DNA of 58,313 nt, counting the filler, from Dugesia japonica (taxonomy: Eukaryota), in the NCBI GenBank assembly GCA_001938525.1. It is 5 parts of 5 records of this genome, joined end to end, with 100 filler letters (N's around TTAATTAATTAA, not from the genome) between each part and the next. Parts side by side here need not be neighbours in the genome. Positions count along the whole stretch, not along the records: positions 48,613 to 58,313 come from MQRL01598057.1; 4 more parts are not named here. One strand, 5' to 3'. Each line of letters starts with the position of its first letter. Positions within the stretch are counted from its first letter, which is position 1. Shown here in pieces: positions 52,279 to 58,313 of the stretch. Below the pieces are notes generated by a model. That model had not been told where the DNA came from. It did no database searches and worked only from the letters and a program-made list of their open reading frames with translations. A program made the translations under genes and the position numbers.

Positions 52279-52821
52279 TTTAGGCTAGAACGCGATAAAA
52301 GAGTAGAAAATATAGCAGAAGGAAATATGAGCTGTCTCGAAAAAATGACAAGAAATAGAATAAATTATTTAAGAAGAGAAATGATTAAAACAATTGGTGA
52401 AATACAATTACATAATTAGAAGAAATAAATATTAAAAAGAAAATAAAGGAAAATCGGAAGTTATATTAATAACAAATGAGAAAGTAAATAAACCCAAAGA
52501 AATTAGTAACAGTAAAAGAGGTAAATAATGGAAAATCAATTAATAATAAATACANNNNNNNNNNNNNNNNNNNNNCAGAAAATGAACGAGAAGAAAGGAT
52601 AATGAGAATCATGAATTATATATTTTATTTATAATATATGAATAATATAAAAGTAATAATATATTAAATGACGAATATATGAATGAAAGTAATATATTAG
52701 AAAGGCATATGAATATTATAATAATTATATGAAATATTCTAACTTATTTTATGGTAATGAAAACCAAGAGATGATTATTATTTGGAATGAATTTATTATT
52801 ATTAGTATAAAATCATTATTA

Positions 52822-52883
<62 letters not shown>

Positions 52884-53743
52884 NNNNNNNNNNNNNNNNN
52901 NNNNNNNNNNNNNNNNNNNNNNNNNNNNNNNNNNNNNNNNNNNNNNNNNNNNNNNNNNNNNNNNNNNNNNNNNNNNNNNNNNNNNNNNNNNNNNNNNNNN
53001 NNNNNNNNNNNNNNNNNNNNNNNNNNNNNNNNNNNNNNNNNNNNNNNNNNNNNNNNNNNNNNNNNNNNNNNNNNNNNNNNNNNNNNNNNNNNNNNNNNNN
53101 NNNNNNNNNNNNNNNNNNNNNNNNNNNNNNNNNNNNNNNNNNNNNNNNNNNNNNNNNNNNNNNNNNNNNNNNNNNNNNNNNNNNNNNNNNNNNNNNNNNN
53201 NNNNNNNNNNNNNNNNNNNNNNNNNNNNNNNNNNNNNNNNNNNNNNNNNNNNNNNNNNNNNNNNNNNNNNNNNNNNNNNNNNNNNNNNNNNNNNNNNNNN
53301 NNNNNNNNNNNNNNNNNNNNNNNNNNNNNNNNNNNNNNNNNNNNNNNNNNNNNNNNNNNNNNNNNNNNNNNNNNNNNNNNNNNNNNNNNNNNNNNNNNNN
53401 NNNNNNNNNNNNNNNNNNNNNNNATTATTATTCTGTCTATTATTATAATAATGATTGGAGAAATATTATAGTTATTATCTGAGCATTAATAGATATGATA
53501 TTATTTATATTCATTATTATTATATTATTTATTCGTTATTATTGATAATATAGTATAGGTTATATTATTTATAATGTTAATATTTTATTTATATTCACAA
53601 AGGTCACCAGGGTGACATTTAAAATGGTAAAATAGAAAAAAACGAATGAGTCAATTCAAATTTGAATTAGACTGCATTTCGTTACGGAGGAGGCACAAAA
53701 TGAAAAAATTTAATAATCATATGATTTGCAGTTGAATGATTTT

Positions 53744-53779
53744 GGTGGGTGCTCGCTGTGAGCAACGAAGCCCACCTAG
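53744..53779 (+). mobile_element. Helitron 3' terminus
   Basis: GC-rich hairpin GGTGGG-TGCTC-gctgt-GAGCA-acgaag-CCCACC followed by CTAG|T. Confidence 0.6.
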
Positions 53780-55346
53780 TCTTGAAATACTATATAATAA
53801 GAACTGAAAACTTACAAAAAATAAACAAAAAACAACACACAAAAGACAAAATTTACAAAAACTTAGAACTAAAACGAGATACGAAAATCTAACAATTCAA
53901 GCTCGATTGATAAAACATTACATCAGATCGCAAACAATCCGGAGAGAATTCGTTTAAAAAGTAATTGGAAAACGTTTTAATCTGCTGATTCGAGGTCTCC
54001 ACTCATACCAGTATGTGAAGAAATAGAAATGAATATTTAAATGCTGATAATGAAAATGTGAAGAAATAGAAATAAATATTTAAATACTGGTGATGGTCCG
54101 GAGCCCTGTGGAGTGGCGTAATTTATATATTAAGTTTATTTTTATGATTTCATTTTATAATGTCCCTTTAATGTAATATATTTTAGTTATAAATGTTTTA
54201 TTTAATTATATTTAATTATGATTTTATGTTTCGGTAATAATGTTTTTCGTTAATGATATAGATGCCTTAAGATTAGATTACTTCTCGGAGTTGTTAATAA
54301 TTTTAGTTATGAAAGTATGATATATCACTGATAATATTCTTAAACCTGAAATTTTTATAACTAATTGTAAATAATGTTTGAAACTTTTCCTAAATGGATA
54401 ATTCAATGAAATAATAAAAATATCTTGATAAATTTATCACAGTAATTATATATTGAAACAATAAAAGTCAAGTAACATCAGGATGAATTGTAATAACCAT
54501 ATTATGGATTAAACGGCGAGGCGTTTGTTTTCGAAAAGGAATTTTTTCTATAGAATTTGATATAAGGTTTTAGTTACAATTTCTAATATATAAGATATTT
54601 TTGTTTTAATGAGCTGATAATGTAACACTAAATTATAGGTTATGAACTATGAAGATTTGTCTAGCATGATTATTTCAGTAAATAGAATATACTTTTAGGA
54701 GTAGTAATAATCGTATTTTCAATAAATCCCGTTAATATTTCTGGATACTTTTACTTAGTTATTATTTCAGTTATTATTTACCTATTGCTAACTTGTAGAT
54801 ATTTGGAATAATTATTTATTTAATTTCGGTTAGATAAAATATTTGAATTATGATTTTAATTATTATTTATGATTAGGTTATTGATATTTTGAATAATTAT
54901 TTTGATTATATGAAATGTTTAAATTAAAATATTTTTTTCTGCTTAAATTTTGATAAGGAATTCATCTTATAATGTAATATTTGGTTAACAATATGATAAT
55001 TGATTTTGATTGAGACTTTAACTAATGATTTAAACTGAATGCCGCTACTTAAAATCTAGCCTAATAATATATGCATAGCGAAGGAGGAAATAGAATTCCC
55101 TGAGAACAATAAGGTACTAAGTTCTCACCGAGGAATTCTAACTCCTGTTTTACTGAAATAACAATAATTATATGAGAAATCGACTGTAGAGCAAAGTAAT
55201 TAAAATACAATTCACTCGTGATTAAATGCGACTGAGTATTATTTAAAGATGAATTGTTGTGATTTAGATGTCGAGAAGGATAAATCTATCAGAGGCCAAG
55301 AAATCGCTGAATGGAAGGTTGTTTACTTATGGAAAATGCAATGATA

Positions 55347-55710
55347 TGCCGATCCTATATGATTCCTGGAATGAAACTGGAACAGATCGAGATAAAATAA
55401 AATAAGATAAAATAAGAGCATGAAAGATCGAAATCCAGGAACAAAAGGAAGAAATACTGAGGCTACGAGCTCATGTTGAACAGTTAAAAGAACAGCTCAA
55501 TTATCAGGAGAAGGATCGACAACAACAGAACTCAGCACTAGCAGATTTATTGTCCAGTGCATCGGAGCATCTAAGACGAGCCCCAACCAGCACAGATCGT
55601 CAGACGGTGCTGAAGAACAATCTACTCACCCATTACAAGACCGGTAGAAGAATCTGTCAACAAATCGAACGTACAATGTCGGTGCTTAGAGCTAATTTAG
55701 AAACGCTGTA
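55347..55710 (+). pseudogene. Coiled-coil hypothetical ORF, disrupted at its 5' end
   Basis: An open ~96-codon stretch (KIEIQEQKEEILRLRAHVEQLKEQLNYQEKDRQQQ...LRANLETL*) in GC-richer sequence, preceded by stops. Confidence 0.45.
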
Positions 55711-56030
55711 GACAGAGGAGGTAGTAGAATCGGCAGTGTGATCCTGTAAATGAATTAATATATTTTGAGAATTGGTCGTTGTTAGCACTTCATGTTGAAT
55801 CACATAAACGACAAATTATTTAAAATAAAGGAATTAATTAAACGATAAATGATGCAAATAAAATGTTTAAAACAAACACGTCAAAGTAACAAACATGATG
55901 AAATTAAAGAATTCACTAAATAAAGCAGTTTTTATCGAAGCAGCCACTCGACACTAAATTATTATAGTCATATCACATATTTGCAAATGAAATTAACATA
56001 CAAATTTCATGAATTATTCTGTAGGTAGAT

Positions 56031-56339
56031 ATGCCAACCAGGACCACAAAACCCACAAGAGAAGAGTTGTTGATCAAACAGCAGAATACTCGGCCAGAGA
56101 TCAAGAGATTAAAGAAAGAGAATCGTGAGTTGCGAGAGACAGCAAGTGAGACTAAGAAGAAGTTGTCCACATTGAAAGAAAAATTGAGTGCGAGTAGAAA
56201 AAGGGAACTCACACTCATAGCTAACAATAAAATGATGGCGGAGATTATTAAGGATTACACCGATCAAAAATCCACAGTACTAGGAAATGTCCGAACTCTC
56301 TGGAGAGAATATCATACCCAAAGCGGCAAAGCACAATGA
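56031..56339 (+). CDS. Small basic coiled-coil hypothetical protein
   Basis: 102 aa with a clear heptad segment (EIKRLKKENRELRETASETKKKLSTLKEKL). AATAAA lies ~50 nt after the stop. Confidence 0.55.
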   Translation: MPTRTTKPTREELLIKQQNTRPEIKRLKKENRELRETASETKKKLSTLKEKLSASRKRELTLIANNKMMAEIIKDYTDQKSTVLGNVRTLWREYHTQSGKAQ

Positions 56340-58313
56340 GAAACAATCACGGAAGAAACCATTTTCGGTTCACCATGACCAGTGATTGAATAAATATATA
56401 TTGAGTTCAGAGTTGTTTTCTTTCATTTCTATTTAGAACAAAAATAAGAACCAGTTTCAATCGGAACTTTCTGTCAAGACGAGATACCGCATAGTCTCGC
56501 TGAACTTGGGAATGGGGGATCGTAATGTAGGAGAAGACATCACAAATTTCTGTGTTTACTAGGTTATCATCCCCCAGACAATCCTTTTAAAACAACATAG
56601 CATCAAAAATTTAGATATGCAGGAGGAAATATAGCTAACATCAAAATTGGGGATCTGTTTAAAGAAAGTTGAATAAAGAAATCACGAGAAAAGAAGACGA
56701 AGATGAGCCAGTACANNNNNNNNNNNNNNNNNNNNNNNNNNNNNNNNNNNNNNNNNNNNNNNNNNTGGAGAGAATATCATACCCAAAGCGGCAAAGCACA
56801 ATGAGAAACAATCACGGAAGAAACCATTTTCGGTTCACCGAGACCAGTGATTGAATAAATATATATTGAGTTCAGAGTTGTTTTCTTTCATTTCGATTTA
56901 GAACAAAAATAAGATCCAGTTTCAATCGGAACTTTCTGTCAAGACGAGATACCGCATAGTCTCGCTGAACTCGGGAATGGGGAATCGTAATGTAGAAGAC
57001 ATCACAAATTTCTGTGTTTACTAGGTTATCATCCCCCAGACAATCCTTTTAAAACAACATAGCATAAAAAATTTAGATATGCAGGAGGAAATATAGCTAA
57101 CACCAAAATTGGGGATCTGTTTAAAGAAAGTTGAATAAAGAAATCACGAGAAAAGAAGACGAAGATGAGCCAGTACAAAGTAAACTAATTGGATTGTGAA
57201 CAAAAAAAAATTAGATGAAATATGAATCAGTAGTGAGTAAAATGTATTTGAATTATTTTGTAATGTAATAAATAATTTCTTGATATTGTATTATAAAAGT
57301 AGTAGTTTATATTTTTATTTTTTTGTTGCTTATAATTTTGCTTGCTCGATCATCACCAGTTCAAAAATGTTATTATGAAAAAATAAAGAAAATATGATCT
57401 ATTGAAAGAAAATTGATATTGCAAGAAATTATGTTAAAGAAAATTGATTTGAATGATAAAATTATTAATCGAGAAATTAAAAAGTTTCAATTATCGATGG
57501 GTGGATGATCTCGGAAAAATATTGAGAATTTGTGCATTGTTATTAATAATTTTACTGATATTTTAAATGAATTTTAATTCTATTGATACTATTTTAAATA
57601 TTAATTAACAGTGTTTGCTTTAGTAAATGAGTTTTTAGAAAGATTTTGTGTAAATGAATTTCCGTAATGAATTTTTGTAAACATCTGAACAGTAATGAAT
57701 TAAACAACAATGANNNNNNNNNNNNNNNNNNNNNNNNNNNNNNTGAACAGTAATGAATTGAACAGTAACGATTTGAGTAAAAGAATTTTGTAAACAGATT
57801 TCGATAAAGAATTTCAGTAGACGTTTGGAGTAATCACGAACACCTATTTTATTTTTATTTGATATTTTAATTTTTGATTTTAATCATTTAAAATGAATTA
57901 ATAAACTGAGCTAACAAATGATAAACTAACTTTAAAGTTTGTTGTTGATGAATTTACACTAAAGAAATTAAAGTCATGACTTAAAATCAGAGCACGCACA
58001 GATATAGCAAGTCGATACAATTAAACGATACAAAGCCCGCACAGAGAAATTGCATGATAAAAGAGATGAAAAGTGTTAAAGAAATTGCGAAGTTTTGTTC
58101 TGTTCGACTCACGAACTAAATAACAACATAGTTTGGTGAGCAAATTGAGCAAGAGATATGATATTCAAACGTCGAAGCATTAAAGAGAAGTGTAAAATCG
58201 TGTTAGCAGGTCCAGAAAAGTTAGGAAAATAATGACTGATCCAGATCAGGTAACAAGATGAAAACACAGTGAACCTTTAAAGTTTAAATAAGAAGTGTAA
58301 AATTGAGTTGCCA

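Noticed and set aside
56301-57175. ~415-bp direct repeat that could be read as LTRs
   Set aside because: The copies flank a 50-N gap and lack TG..CA ends or a PBS; probable assembly artefact.

Overview
Very AT-rich eukaryotic (animal) genomic DNA. The short GT-AG introns, (AAT)n microsatellites and TE spectrum suggest a planarian-type flatworm; this is inference only. The window is not one locus: five contigs are joined by artificial 100-bp linkers (44 N + TTAATTAATTAA + 44 N) at about 14785, 29842, 38379 and 48513. Host genes are partial: a long coiled-coil exon (7512-8570), two terminal exons of an FBXL7-like LRR gene, four exons of a LamG/TSPN-domain gene, and a small spliced gene with 42-48 nt introns (3795-4139). 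Most of the rest is decayed TEs: MULE, mariner x4, Tigger/pogo, hAT x2, Gypsy x2, an RLE-type non-LTR element, Penelope with a hammerhead ribozyme, Helitrons and MITEs. The most notable part is the last contig (from 48613). It holds a decayed Polinton/Maverick (adintovirus-like) module: minor capsid start, chromodomain integrase, small basic PM-like protein and A32 packaging ATPase. An intronless, compact TATA-binding-protein (TBP) homolog lies head-to-head with the ATPase about 80 bp away, which suggests a Polinton carrying its own basal transcription factor.
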